Positions 40,187 through 49,669 of a stretch of DNA of 64,000 nt are shown piece after piece. A model generated the notes under the pieces. That model searched no databases, was not told the origin of the DNA, and saw only the letters and a list, made by a program, of their open reading frames with translations. The stretch spans positions 48,433 through 112,432 of the forward strand of contig CAWAJB010000024.1 in the NCBI GenBank assembly GCA_963782185.1. Direction: 5' to 3'. The DNA is from an uncultured Actinomycetes bacterium. Lineage in GTDB: Bacteria > Actinomycetota > Actinomycetes > Streptosporangiales > Streptosporangiaceae. Within the stretch, counting starts at the first letter, position 1, and every line of letters begins with the position of its first letter. The position numbers were made by a program, and so were the translations under genes.

Positions 40187-41275
40187 ATGAACAGCCTGAT
40201 CCCGTTCTGGTTCATCATCATCACCGTGCTGTGGACCGGTTTCTTTGTCCTGGAGGGCTTCGACTTCGGCGTGGGCATGCTGCATGGCGCGGTCGGCCAG
40301 GATGACGCGGGCCGCCGGGCGGCGATCAACACCATCGGGCCGCTGTGGGACGGTAACGAAGTGTGGCTGATCGTGGCCGGGGCCGCCTTGTTCGCCGCGT
40401 TTCCCGGCTGGTACGCCACCATGTTCTCGGGCTTCTACCTGGCGCTGGTGCTGCTGCTGGCCGCGCTCATCGTCCGCGGCGTGTCGTTCGAGTACCGTGG
40501 CAAGCGCGACGCGCTGCAGTGGCGCCGCACCTGGGACGTCTCGCTGACCGCGAGCAGCCTGCTGGCCCCGCTGCTGATCGGGGTGGCACTAGGCGACCTG
40601 CTGCACGGGCTGCCGATCAACTCCCACCAGGAGTACACGGGGTCATTCTGGAACCTGCTCCAGCCGTACGGGGTGTTCACCGGGGTCACCCTGGTGCTGA
40701 TCTGCCTGCTGCACGGCGCGACGTTCCTGGGCCTGAAGACCACCGGCGACATGCACGAGCGCGCGGGGCGGATAGCCCGCCGGGTGGCCCCGGCGACCGC
40801 CGCCGCTGTCGTGGCCTTCGCCATCTGGACGCACGTGACGTCCAGCACGACCTTCTTCGTCAACCCCATCGAACTGCTCGCCATGCTCGCCGTCCTCGCC
40901 GCCGTGTGGCTCGTCTATGAGCGCCGGGACGGCTTCGCGTTCGCGGCGACCACGGTCACGATGGCGGCCTGCATCGTCTCGATCTTCGTTGGCCTGTATC
41001 CCAACGTGATGGTCTCCAGCACCAGCGCGGCCTACAACCTCACCGTGCACAACACGGCGTCCGGAGCCTATTCGCTCAAGGTGATGACGGTCGTGGCCAT
41101 CATTTTCCTGCCGTTCGTCCTCGCCTACCAGACCTGGACCTACTACGTGTTCCGGCGGCGCGTCAGCAAGCAGGAATTCCAGCCCTCACCCCCGCGGGGC
41201 ACACCGCTGGACGCGGCCCGTCCGCGGCCGGCGCACCCCGACGGGACGGCCCCCCCGGCGGAACCGGGACATTGA
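40187..41275 (+). CDS. cydB: cytochrome bd oxidase subunit II
   Basis: IPFWFIIITVLWTGFFVLEGFDFGVGML...IGPLWDGNEVWLIVAGAALFAAFPGWYATMFSGFYL. It starts 7 nt after cydA. Confidence 0.9.
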   Translation: MNSLIPFWFIIITVLWTGFFVLEGFDFGVGMLHGAVGQDDAGRRAAINTIGPLWDGNEVWLIVAGAALFAAFPGWYATMFSGFYLALVLLLAALIVRGVSFEYRGKRDALQWRRTWDVSLTASSLLAPLLIGVALGDLLHGLPINSHQEYTGSFWNLLQPYGVFTGVTLVLICLLHGATFLGLKTTGDMHERAGRIARRVAPATAAAVVAFAIWTHVTSSTTFFVNPIELLAMLAVLAAVWLVYERRDGFAFAATTVTMAACIVSIFVGLYPNVMVSSTSAAYNLTVHNTASGAYSLKVMTVVAIIFLPFVLAYQTWTYYVFRRRVSKQEFQPSPPRGTPLDAARPRPAHPDGTAPPAEPGH

Positions 41276-41293
41276 CCGACACAGGGAGCGGAC

Positions 41294-42670
41294 ATGACCA
41301 CTAATCAAGTTGATGCACTGGTGATCTTCGGGGCCACCGGTGACCTGGCCAAGATCGAGACGTTCCCGGCGCTGGTCGGCCTGGTTGACCGGGGCGTGCT
41401 CAACGTGCCGGTCATCGGAGTGGCGAAGAGCGGCTGGGGGCTGCCGCAGTTCCGCGACTACGCGACCGCGTCGCTGCGGCTCAACCACATGGACCCCCAG
41501 ACGCCGGCCGCGCAGAAGATGCTCGGCCTGCTCCGCTACGTCAACGGGGACCTCGACGACGACGCCACCTACAAGGCCATGTCGGACGCGATCGGCTCCG
41601 GCAGCCGGATCCTGTACTACCTCGAGGTGCCGCCGCCGCTGTTCGGGCGCATCGCGCAGGGCATCGCCACGGCCGGCCGGGCCAAGGACGCGCGGGTCAT
41701 GGTGGAGAAGCCGTTCGGCACCGACCTGGCCAGCTCGCGGCAGCTCAACGACACCATGCACCAGTACTTCGGCGAGGACGCGATCTTCCGGGTCGATGAC
41801 TGGCTGGCCTTCGACCCGGTGGAGAACGTGCTGTTCGTCCGGTTCGCCAACTCGGTCATCGAGCCGCTGCTCAACCGGACCTACGTGGAAAGCATCCAGA
41901 TCACGATGGCCGAGGCGTTCGACGTCGCCGACCGTGGCCGGTTCTATGACCGGACCGGGGCGATCCGCGACGTGGTCCAGAACCACATGCTCCAGGTACT
42001 GGCCACCGTGCTGGCCGAGCCGCCGGACCGGCCACACCTGGCCGACTGGCGGGAGGCCAAGTCACGGGTGATCTCCGCGCTGCGGCCGCTGACCCCGGAG
42101 GACACGGTGAAGGGCCAGTACGCGGGCTACCACGAGGTCAACGGCGTCGACCCGAAATCGACGACGGAGACCTACGTCGCCGTCCGGCTCGCCGCCGACA
42201 CCTGGCGCTGGGAAGGCGTGCCGATCCTGATCCGGGCGGCCAAGTGCATGCCGGTGACCGCCACCGAGGTGAACATCCGCTTCAGGCGTCCGCCCCATGA
42301 CGTATTCGGGATCGATCCGTTCGCCGTCCGCGACTCGCTGCGGTTCCGGGTCTGGCCGGAGACCGCGGTCGGCCTCACCCTGGCCGGCAAGAAGCCCGGC
42401 GGTGGCATGGAGCCGCTGCTGGAGGACCTCACGTTCGCCGGGCAGCCGGGCTCGGACATGCGTCCCTACGACCGGCTCATCGGCGCGGCCCTGGACGGCG
42501 ACCGCTGGCTGTTCGCCCGCCAGGACACGGTCGAGGCCGCCTGGGAGGTCGTGGACCCGGTCCTGGGCGACGTCGGGCCCGTGCATCCCTACGCCCGGGG
42601 CAGCTGGGGTCCCGAGGAGGCCGACCGGCTGCTGCCCAGCCGGGATACCTGGCACGACCCGGCAGGATGA
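41294..42670 (+). CDS. glucose-6-phosphate dehydrogenase family protein (Zwf-like) with a degenerate substrate-binding signature
   Basis: LVIFGATGDLAK (NADP site), VEKPFGTDLASS, RFANSVIEP and GAIRDVVQNHMLQVL are conserved. The position of the RIDHYLGKE signature reads RVDDWLAFD (nt 41789-41815). Confidence 0.8.
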   Translation: MTTNQVDALVIFGATGDLAKIETFPALVGLVDRGVLNVPVIGVAKSGWGLPQFRDYATASLRLNHMDPQTPAAQKMLGLLRYVNGDLDDDATYKAMSDAIGSGSRILYYLEVPPPLFGRIAQGIATAGRAKDARVMVEKPFGTDLASSRQLNDTMHQYFGEDAIFRVDDWLAFDPVENVLFVRFANSVIEPLLNRTYVESIQITMAEAFDVADRGRFYDRTGAIRDVVQNHMLQVLATVLAEPPDRPHLADWREAKSRVISALRPLTPEDTVKGQYAGYHEVNGVDPKSTTETYVAVRLAADTWRWEGVPILIRAAKCMPVTATEVNIRFRRPPHDVFGIDPFAVRDSLRFRVWPETAVGLTLAGKKPGGGMEPLLEDLTFAGQPGSDMRPYDRLIGAALDGDRWLFARQDTVEAAWEVVDPVLGDVGPVHPYARGSWGPEEADRLLPSRDTWHDPAG

Positions 42671-42686
42671 GCGGCGGGAGCATGCG

Positions 42687-44087
42687 ATGACAGACCAATC
42701 GGGACAGCGCCAGGTGGTGATCATTGGCGGCGGCTTCGCAGGCCTGTTCGCGGCCCGCAGGCTGAAGCACGCCGACGCCTCCGTAACCATGATCGACAGG
42801 GCTCAGCATCACGTGTTCCAGCCGCTGCTCTACCAGTGCGCGACCGGCATCATGTCCGAGGGGAAGATCGCCGCCCCGCTGCGTGACCTGCTCAGGAAAT
42901 ACAAGAATGTCGATTGCGTCATGGCTGAAGTGTTCGATTTTGATGTCGTCGGCCGGCGGGTCCTGGCCCGCCGGGTCGGCGGCGAGCAGATCGAGTTCGG
43001 TTATGACGACCTCATCGTCGCCGCCGGGGTGCGGCAATCCTACTTCGGCCATCCCGAATTCGCCCGGTGGGCACCGGGGATGAAGACGGTCTCCGATGCG
43101 CTCGCGATCCGGCGCCGGGTCTACGGCGCGTTCGAGATGGCCGACACGGCCAGCACCCCGGAAGAACGCCGCACCTACCTCACCTTCGCCCTGGTCGGCG
43201 CCGGACCGACCGGCGTGGAACTAGCGGGGCAGGTCCGGGAGGTCGCCACCAAGACCCTCCGCGCCGAATTCCGGAATATCAAACCGGAGGACGCCCGGGT
43301 CCTGCTATTCGACGGCGGCAGCGCGCCGCTGGCCATGTTCGGCCCCAAACTGTCACAGAAAGCGGCCAAGGCCCTGGACGTGCTGGGCGTCGAGCAGCAC
43401 ATGGGATCCATCGTCACCCACGTCGACGAAGGCTATGTACTAGTCCGGGCCCACGACGGCACGCAGACCCGCTACGACGCCGGCACCGTGCTGTGGACCG
43501 CCGGGGTGGAAGCCCCGCCCGTCGCCGAGGCCCTCGCGGCCGCCACCGGCGCCCAGCGCGACCGGGCCGGGCGGATCCTGGTGGAGAAGAACCTCACCAT
43601 CCCCGACCATCCCGAGATCTCCGTCCTCGGCGACATGATGAGCCTGGACAAGCTCCCCGGGGTCGCCGAGGTGGCCATGCAGTCCGGGCTCTACGCCGGC
43701 AACCGCGTCCGGCACCGGATCTCCGGGGACGTGGAAGAAAAGCCGTTCCGTTACCACGACCTCGGCTCAGCCGCCTACATCTCCCGCGGCCGGGCCGTCG
43801 TCTCAGCCGGGCCCCTGCAGGTCGGCGGCTTCGCCGGCTGGGTGATCTGGCTGTTCATCCACATCGCGTTCCTTACCGGCTGGCGCAACCGCGTCGGCGC
43901 CCTCTTCAGCTGGTGGTTCGCCTTCACCCGCGACATCCGCCGCGAACGCACCTTCACCACCCAGCAGATCGAGACGCTGGGCGACGTCTACACGCTCCCC
44001 CTGGGTCCGGCAGGACCGGAGTCAGGCGCTCAATCGTCCGCGGGCCCCAGCGGTATCAGCGGCGGCGGAAAGGCGGCACATCCGTGA
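42687..44087 (+). CDS. ndh: type II NADH:quinone oxidoreductase (NDH-2)
   Basis: RQVVIIGGGFAGLFAARRL and FALVGAGPTGVELAGQV (two dinucleotide-binding motifs), HHVFQPLLYQ, and a C-terminal amphipathic/TM tail. The ATG at 42687 is preceded by GCGGGAG. Confidence 0.85.
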   Translation: MTDQSGQRQVVIIGGGFAGLFAARRLKHADASVTMIDRAQHHVFQPLLYQCATGIMSEGKIAAPLRDLLRKYKNVDCVMAEVFDFDVVGRRVLARRVGGEQIEFGYDDLIVAAGVRQSYFGHPEFARWAPGMKTVSDALAIRRRVYGAFEMADTASTPEERRTYLTFALVGAGPTGVELAGQVREVATKTLRAEFRNIKPEDARVLLFDGGSAPLAMFGPKLSQKAAKALDVLGVEQHMGSIVTHVDEGYVLVRAHDGTQTRYDAGTVLWTAGVEAPPVAEALAAATGAQRDRAGRILVEKNLTIPDHPEISVLGDMMSLDKLPGVAEVAMQSGLYAGNRVRHRISGDVEEKPFRYHDLGSAAYISRGRAVVSAGPLQVGGFAGWVIWLFIHIAFLTGWRNRVGALFSWWFAFTRDIRRERTFTTQQIETLGDVYTLPLGPAGPESGAQSSAGPSGISGGGKAAHP

Positions 44088-44305
44088 CCATAGGCGGCAG
44101 CATCGCGCTCATCGTGATCGGCGCAATTCTCCGATTCGGCATCACATGGAAGCCCGCGCACGTCGATCTCCAGGTCATTGGCGTGATCCTGATGATCGCG
44201 GGGGTGCTCGGCCTGATCATCGCCCTGGTGTTCCTGGCCCGGCGCCGCGGCCGGCCAGCGACCGAGGTGTACGAGGAGCGCCGCTACACCGACCCGCCGG
44301 CCTGA
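44084..44305 (+). CDS. small two-TM membrane protein (DUF6458-like)
   Basis: The GTG overlaps the ndh stop (GTGA). VTIGGSIALIVIGAILRFGI...VDLQVIGVILMIAGVLGLIIALVFLARRR fits my recollection of DUF6458. Confidence 0.5.
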   Translation: MTIGGSIALIVIGAILRFGITWKPAHVDLQVIGVILMIAGVLGLIIALVFLARRRGRPATEVYEERRYTDPPA

Positions 44306-44339
44306 CGGGAGGGCTGCGCCGGCCCGCGCGGGCCGGCTA

Positions 44340-44999
44340 TCAGCCTCCAGCCAGCCCGAAGATGCCGTTGCCGACCATGATGGCGCCGCCCGCGAGCAGC
44401 ACCCCGATGAGGATCTTGTTCCCGTTCGCGCGCAGCCAGCCGTTGAACGCCGTCAGGCGCTGGGTGGTAACGCCGGGCGCGATCAGGTGCAGCAACAGGG
44501 GCAGCCACACGAAAGCCGCATTGATGATCACGACGAGGACGATGGCCACCGTGGTGTATTCGATGTCCGCGTTGGCGGTGGCGATCACCTGCAGGGCGGC
44601 GATGAACGTGAGGCCCGGGGCGAACAGGAGCAGGCCGACGGCGAACGCGCTGGCCGGCGCGGGATCGGCGATCATCCGTGACACGAGCCCCTGCTTCTTG
44701 TCGGGGTCGGGCAGCTTCGGCTTCCGCCGGGCCGCCGCGGCGCCCGCCGCGAGCAGCAGGATGCCGAGGCCGAGGCGCAGGCCGTAGCGGGGGGTGTGCG
44801 CGCTGCGATGGCTCAGGCCGGTGTTACGCAGGATCGCGATGACGACCAGGCCCATGACCAGGCTCATGATGATCGCGCCGGCCAGGTAGAGGGTCCCGAC
44901 CAGCCTGGGCCGGGCCGAGCCGAGGTAGACGGCCGCCACCAGCAGTGCCGTCGGGGAGATCGCGGCCAGCACCGCCAGCCCGGCCGCCTGCAGGATCAT
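44340..44999 (-). CDS. GAP family (Sap/DUF2910-like) membrane protein
   Basis: MILQAAGLAVLAAISPTALLVAAVYLGSARPRLVGTLYLAGAIIMSLVMGLVV, with a central loop ARRKPKLPDPDKKQG. Same architecture as 27593..28237. Confidence 0.65.
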   Translation of the reverse strand: MILQAAGLAVLAAISPTALLVAAVYLGSARPRLVGTLYLAGAIIMSLVMGLVVIAILRNTGLSHRSAHTPRYGLRLGLGILLLAAGAAAARRKPKLPDPDKKQGLVSRMIADPAPASAFAVGLLLFAPGLTFIAALQVIATANADIEYTTVAIVLVVIINAAFVWLPLLLHLIAPGVTTQRLTAFNGWLRANGNKILIGVLLAGGAIMVGNGIFGLAGG

Positions 45000-45162
45000 G
45001 GGGTCGCCGGGCTTCCGCCTTCTGACACGGGCCCCCCCGCGTGACCCGCGTCAGACATTGCGCGCCTCCTGGCTCGTCGCTCCGGTGCTCCCGCCGCCGA
45101 TCACGGTCGCCGCGCCGGCAGCGTCCCCCGCTTGCTCACGGTCTCGCGCGAGCGTCTCCAGC

Positions 45163-45187
45163 CGCCTCCCCCCGCAGGGGTGAGGCG
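45163..45187 (-). terminator. GC-rich hairpin downstream of the glutamate decarboxylase gene (candidate terminator)
   Basis: cgcctcccccc-gca-ggggtgaggcg, with 10 of 11 stem positions paired. It lies about 65 nt beyond the gad stop (45251). Confidence 0.35.
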
Positions 45188-45250
45188 CGTCGCCACGTTC
45201 TGCAGCGCCGGCCGGCCGCCGGGCCGCTTACCGAGCGTGAGACGGCCGGG

Positions 45251-46651
45251 CTAGAGGTGGTTGAACCCCGCCGATTCCTCCTTGGTCATGGGCACGGTGA
45301 CCGGGTGCTTGCCGAAGTGGGCCACCGCGTCGCGGAAGTCGTCGAGCAGCAGGGAGGCCATGTCCTGGCTGACGCCGAGGCGGACCAGGATGCGCTGCAC
45401 GGCTATGCCGGAAGCGGAGCCGGTGAGGGTGTAGGCCGGCACCTGCCACCCCTGGGTGCGCAGCCGGTCGGCCAGGTCGAACAGCGTGTAACCAGGGTCC
45501 TCGCCCTCGCGGATCCGCCAGGTGACCGTCGGGATTCCCGTGTTCGGGTTGCTGTCACACAAGAGCTCGAACGGGCCCAGCTTGACGATCTCGGTGGCCA
45601 GGTACTGGCCGATGTCGTAGGACGCCTGGTGGATCCGGCGGTACCCCTCGTGACCGAGGCGCAGGAAGTTGTAGTAGCTGGCGATGATCTGCCCGGCCGG
45701 CCGGGAGAAGTTGATCTGGAAGACGGGCATGTCGCCGCCCAGGTAGTTGACGTGGAAAATGAGGTCATCGGGCAGCTCGCTGCTGTCCCGGAAAACGACC
45801 CAGCCAACACCCAGCGGAGCCAGCCCGAACTTGTGCCCTGAGGCGCTGATCGACTTGACCCGCGGGAGGCGGAAGTCGAAGACCACCCCGGGCGCGCAGA
45901 ACGGGGCGAGGAAACCGCCGCTGGCCCCGTCCACGTGGATGTCGATGTCCAGGCCGGTGTCGGCCTGCAACTTGTCCAGCGCCTTCGACATCTCCTCCAC
46001 CGGCTCATACGCGCCGGTGTAGGTGACGCCAAGCGTCGGCACGACCATGATCGTGTTCTCGTCAACCCGTTCGAGCATCGAGGCCGGGTCCATCATGTAG
46101 CGGCCCGGTGACATCGGGACCTCGCGCATCTCGATGTCCCAGTAGCGGGCGAACTTGTGCCACACCACCTGCACCGGGCCGCACACCATGTTCGGCCTGT
46201 CCGCCGGCTTGCCTGCGGCCCGGCGCTTGGCCCGCCAGCGCCACTTGGCCGCCATCCCGGCCAGCATGCAGGCCTCGGAGGAGCCGACGGCCGAGGTGCC
46301 CACCGTGTTGGCCGCCTCGGGCGCATTCCACAGGTCGGCCATCATGTGCACGCACCGCTTCTCGATCTCGGCGGTCTGCGGGTACTCGTCCCGGTCGATC
46401 ATGTTCTTGTTGACCGACAGCGCCATCAGGCCAAGAACCTCGGGTTCCTCCCACGTCTGGCAGAACGTGGCCAGGTTCTGCCGCGCATTCCCGTCGAGCA
46501 TCAGCTCGTCCGACACCAGCTGGAAAGCATCCCGGGAGACCGTCCCGTCCTGCGGGAACCGGTACTTAGCGACCGGCTTGGTCAGGTCCCGATCGGCGAA
46601 CACGCAGTCCTCAAGCTCGTCACGGACGGTCTCGCGGTCATGCAATGCCAT
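45251..46651 (-). CDS. gadB: glutamate decarboxylase (PLP-dependent, group II)
   Basis: [43 protein letters not shown]...[19 protein letters not shown] and the PLP-lysine motif [18 protein letters not shown]. The start at 46651 was chosen because AAGGAG lies 9 nt upstream. Confidence 0.9.
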   Translation of the reverse strand: MALHDRETVRDELEDCVFADRDLTKPVAKYRFPQDGTVSRDAFQLVSDELMLDGNARQNLATFCQTWEEPEVLGLMALSVNKNMIDRDEYPQTAEIEKRCVHMMADLWNAPEAANTVGTSAVGSSEACMLAGMAAKWRWRAKRRAAGKPADRPNMVCGPVQVVWHKFARYWDIEMREVPMSPGRYMMDPASMLERVDENTIMVVPTLGVTYTGAYEPVEEMSKALDKLQADTGLDIDIHVDGASGGFLAPFCAPGVVFDFRLPRVKSISASGHKFGLAPLGVGWVVFRDSSELPDDLIFHVNYLGGDMPVFQINFSRPAGQIIASYYNFLRLGHEGYRRIHQASYDIGQYLATEIVKLGPFELLCDSNPNTGIPTVTWRIREGEDPGYTLFDLADRLRTQGWQVPAYTLTGSASGIAVQRILVRLGVSQDMASLLLDDFRDAVAHFGKHPVTVPMTKEESAGFNHL

Positions 46652-46786
46652 GGTCAGCATCTCCTTGATGGGGAGCACTCCCGCAGCCGGTACCCCCCGG
46701 ACGATCGCTGCGTCAGGCACCCGGGCTCTTCGAGGACGGGGCCGCGCTGGTGATGTCGATGGTGGTCGCAGCGCCCGGCGCCGCCA

Positions 46787-47353
46787 TCACCCGGTACGGG
46801 GGATTTGGCGGTGGTCGAGCAGGCCGGCCACGGCCAGGCCGGTGCTGGCCCCGATCAGCGACCCGGTCACGGTGTCGCCCGGGTAGTGCACGCCAGTGTG
46901 TACCCGCGAGTACGCCACCGCGGCGGCCAGGAACCCGGAGCCCAGGGCCACCCACGGCCGCTCCCGGCTGATCGCGGTCGCGAACGCGAACGCCGACGCG
47001 GAATGGCCGGAGGGGAACGAGGTGGAGTCGGGCATCCGCACCTGCCGTACCCCCGGCACGCCGGCCCCGGCCCGGTCCGGGCGGCGCCGGCGGCCAAGCG
47101 GCTTGATGGCCAGGTTCACCAGGGCCGAGGTGGCCCCGATGGCCAGCGTGCCGCGGACCGCGGCCCGCCGTCCGGCCGGGCCGCCTGCCACGGCCATCAC
47201 CGCGGCGAGGGCCAGCCAGATCCGGGACTTGTCGGCGGCCCGGGACAGCCGCCGCAGCGGCTCGTCCAGCGCCGGGGTCGGGGTGGCGGCGATCGCGTCG
47301 TACACGGCCCGGTCCACCGCCGCGAGCTGGCCGACCATTCCCCGTCTGGTCAC
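46787..47353 (-). CDS. PAP2 superfamily phosphatase (membrane-bound)
   Basis: KPLGRRRRP ... PSGHSASAFAFA ... SRVHTGVHYPGDTVTG corresponds to PAP2 motifs C1, C2 and C3. Confidence 0.8.
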   Translation of the reverse strand: MTRRGMVGQLAAVDRAVYDAIAATPTPALDEPLRRLSRAADKSRIWLALAAVMAVAGGPAGRRAAVRGTLAIGATSALVNLAIKPLGRRRRPDRAGAGVPGVRQVRMPDSTSFPSGHSASAFAFATAISRERPWVALGSGFLAAAVAYSRVHTGVHYPGDTVTGSLIGASTGLAVAGLLDHRQIPRTG

Positions 47354-47433
47354 GCGCGTATGCTACACGCAGGCGGAAAAGCAGCATAGACGGCGACCCC
47401 GGGTCCCGTGGCAAGGCTTTCCGGGGGGACTGT

Positions 47434-48867
47434 GTGCCAGGCCGTGACGTGAATCGCCCGACCGTGGGCGAGCGGGCGTCCGCTGCGGCGGCCCTGGTCG
47501 CCCTGATCGGCGCCGCCGGCGGCGCCCTAGTCGGCATCGCGCTGCACCTGCTGGCCATCCTCGCCGTCACCGCCGCGCTCCTGATCTGCGTGACCGGCTG
47601 CTGGTACGCCGTATCCCGGCGCGGCCTGCTCCGGATGATCTCGCTGCTGGTCGTGGCGGCCGCGCTGGGCGGTACCATCGCCGGCCTGTTCTTCGCGCAC
47701 ATCCACTGGCCGCTGCTGCTCCTGATCGCTTTCCTGTCCGTCGTGTCGGTCGTGGCCGCCCGGCACGCGCTGCGCCGCACCGACCAGGCCCTGCGGGCGG
47801 ACACGGCCCGGCTGGCCCGGGCCCGGCGGCCGGAGCACCCGGTGCTGATCATGAACCCGAAGTCCGGCGGGGGGAAGGCAGAGCGGTTCGGGCTCGCCAG
47901 TGAGTGCCGGAAGCGGGGGATCGAGCCCGTGCTCCTGGAACCCGGTGACGACCTCAGGGAACTCGCCGAGGACGCGGTCCGCCGGGGCGCGGACGTCCTT
48001 GGCATGGCCGGCGGGGACGGCTCGCAGGCGCTGGTCGCCTCGGTCGCGGCCCAGGCCGGCCTGGACTACGTATGCGTGCCCGCCGGTACCCGCAATCACT
48101 TCGCCCTCGATCTGGGGCTGGATCGCGCCGACGTGGTGGGGGCTCTGGACGCCTACGACGACGGGCTGCGCCGCCATATCGACCTGGCCGACGTGAACGG
48201 CCGGACGTTCGTGAACAACGCCTCGCTCGGCCTGTACGCCGAGGTGGTCCAGGCCCCGGAGTACCGGGGCGCGAAGCTGCGGACCGCCGCCGCCGTGCTG
48301 CCCGACCTGCTCGGCCCGGACGCCCGGCCTCTGGACCTGTGCTTTACCGGGCCAGACGGGGCGGAGCATCACACCGCTCACCTCATCCTGGTCTCCAACA
48401 ACCCGTACCAGCTGGTGCCCACCGGCGGGGGACTGGGCACCCGGGAGCGGATCGACCGCGGGGTCCTGGGCCTGGTCACCGTGACGATCACCGACGCCGC
48501 CCAGGCCAGCGCGTTCCTGGCGCTGCAGGCGGCCGGCCAGGCACGCCGGTTCAGCGGCTGGGAGGAATGGACCGCGCCCCGCTTCGAGGTCCGCTCGGCC
48601 GCCTCCGTCCGGGTCGGCGTGGACGGTGAGGCGCTGACCCTCGGCCCGCCGCTGGTCTTCACGTCCAGGCCCGGGACGTTGCGGGTCCGGCTGCCCCGCC
48701 GGAGGCTGCGGCGCTCGCCCGCGGCCCGGACCGTGCAGGTGCTGTCCGGGTCAACCGTGGCCGGGCTGGCCCGGGTGGCGGCTGGGATCACCCCAGGCTC
48801 AGCCGGGCCCGGATCGGCAGGTGATCGGAGCCGACCGGCTCCAGCACCTCCGTCTCCGATGCGCTGA
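47434..48867 (+). CDS. diacylglycerol/lipid kinase family protein (DAGK catalytic domain) with an N-terminal 3-4 TM region
   Basis: HPVLIMNPKSGGGKA...ADVLGMAGGDGSQALVA...VCVPAGTRNHFALDLG is the DAGK_cat signature. The N-terminus is hydrophobic. The 3' tail overlaps the convergent EEP gene by 80 nt. Confidence 0.8.
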   Translation: MPGRDVNRPTVGERASAAAALVALIGAAGGALVGIALHLLAILAVTAALLICVTGCWYAVSRRGLLRMISLLVVAAALGGTIAGLFFAHIHWPLLLLIAFLSVVSVVAARHALRRTDQALRADTARLARARRPEHPVLIMNPKSGGGKAERFGLASECRKRGIEPVLLEPGDDLRELAEDAVRRGADVLGMAGGDGSQALVASVAAQAGLDYVCVPAGTRNHFALDLGLDRADVVGALDAYDDGLRRHIDLADVNGRTFVNNASLGLYAEVVQAPEYRGAKLRTAAAVLPDLLGPDARPLDLCFTGPDGAEHHTAHLILVSNNPYQLVPTGGGLGTRERIDRGVLGLVTVTITDAAQASAFLALQAAGQARRFSGWEEWTAPRFEVRSAASVRVGVDGEALTLGPPLVFTSRPGTLRVRLPRRRLRRSPAARTVQVLSGSTVAGLARVAAGITPGSAGPGSAGDRSRPAPAPPSPMR

Positions 48868-49522
48868 CCGCCCCGCTGAGCAGTATGTGATCGAGCTGGA
48901 TCAGCGGCCGTCCGGCCGGGAAGGACCGGCCGCGCACCACGTAGCGGTAGCCCCTGGCGACCAGCGTGGCCGGGCGGGGCATGTTGAGGTCCCCCGCGAG
49001 GACTGTCGGCAGGGTGCTTCCGGCGAGCCTGCGTACCAGCAGGCCGAGCTGAACCGGGCTGGTGTAGCGGTGGGTCAGGTGGGTGTTCACTACCCGCAGC
49101 GCGGCGCCGCCCGGAGTGGCCAGCGTGAGCACCTGCGCGGCGCGGCTGATCCGGTCGCCGGGTGCCCGGCCCAGCTCGATCTCGTGGTAGCCGATAACCG
49201 GGAGCATGGTCAGCACGGCCAGGCCCCAGGTGCCCTGCCCCTCGTCGGTGCCGATTCCGAGGCGGGCGCGGCTGGTGCTGCGGGCCAGCCCGCGGTGGCG
49301 CACCTCGGCGCCGAGCGCGGCGGCCACCTCGGTCACGACGTCCGGCCGTGCCTCGGGCCGCCACGCCTCCTGCAGGGTGATGACGTCCGCCTTCAGCCGG
49401 TAGCACGCCTCCACCACGTCGAAGGACGCGCCATGGCTGGTCAGGCCCCCGTGCAGGTTCAGGCTCGCGAGCGTGATCGGGCTGGCCGGGCTGGTCCCGG
49501 TCCCGGATAGCTCATCGGTCAC
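48788..49522 (-). CDS. endonuclease/exonuclease/phosphatase (EEP) family protein
   Basis: ITLASLNLHGG...DVITLQEAW...VVNTHLTH...AGDLNM...SDHLPIRARL are EEP catalytic motifs. Confidence 0.75.
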   Translation of the reverse strand: MTDELSGTGTSPASPITLASLNLHGGLTSHGASFDVVEACYRLKADVITLQEAWRPEARPDVVTEVAAALGAEVRHRGLARSTSRARLGIGTDEGQGTWGLAVLTMLPVIGYHEIELGRAPGDRISRAAQVLTLATPGGAALRVVNTHLTHRYTSPVQLGLLVRRLAGSTLPTVLAGDLNMPRPATLVARGYRYVVRGRSFPAGRPLIQLDHILLSGAVSASETEVLEPVGSDHLPIRARLSLG

Positions 49523-49669
49523 CGCTCCATCCTGCCCCGTCCCGGACGGTGCCCGGGCCGGTCCGGCACGCGGACCGGCCCGGCCACGCGGAAGGCCACC
49601 GGCGGCCGCCGCGCTGCGGCGGGCCGGTGGCCTCCCGGATGAGCTGCTACCGCTGCGGCGCCGTCCTGC

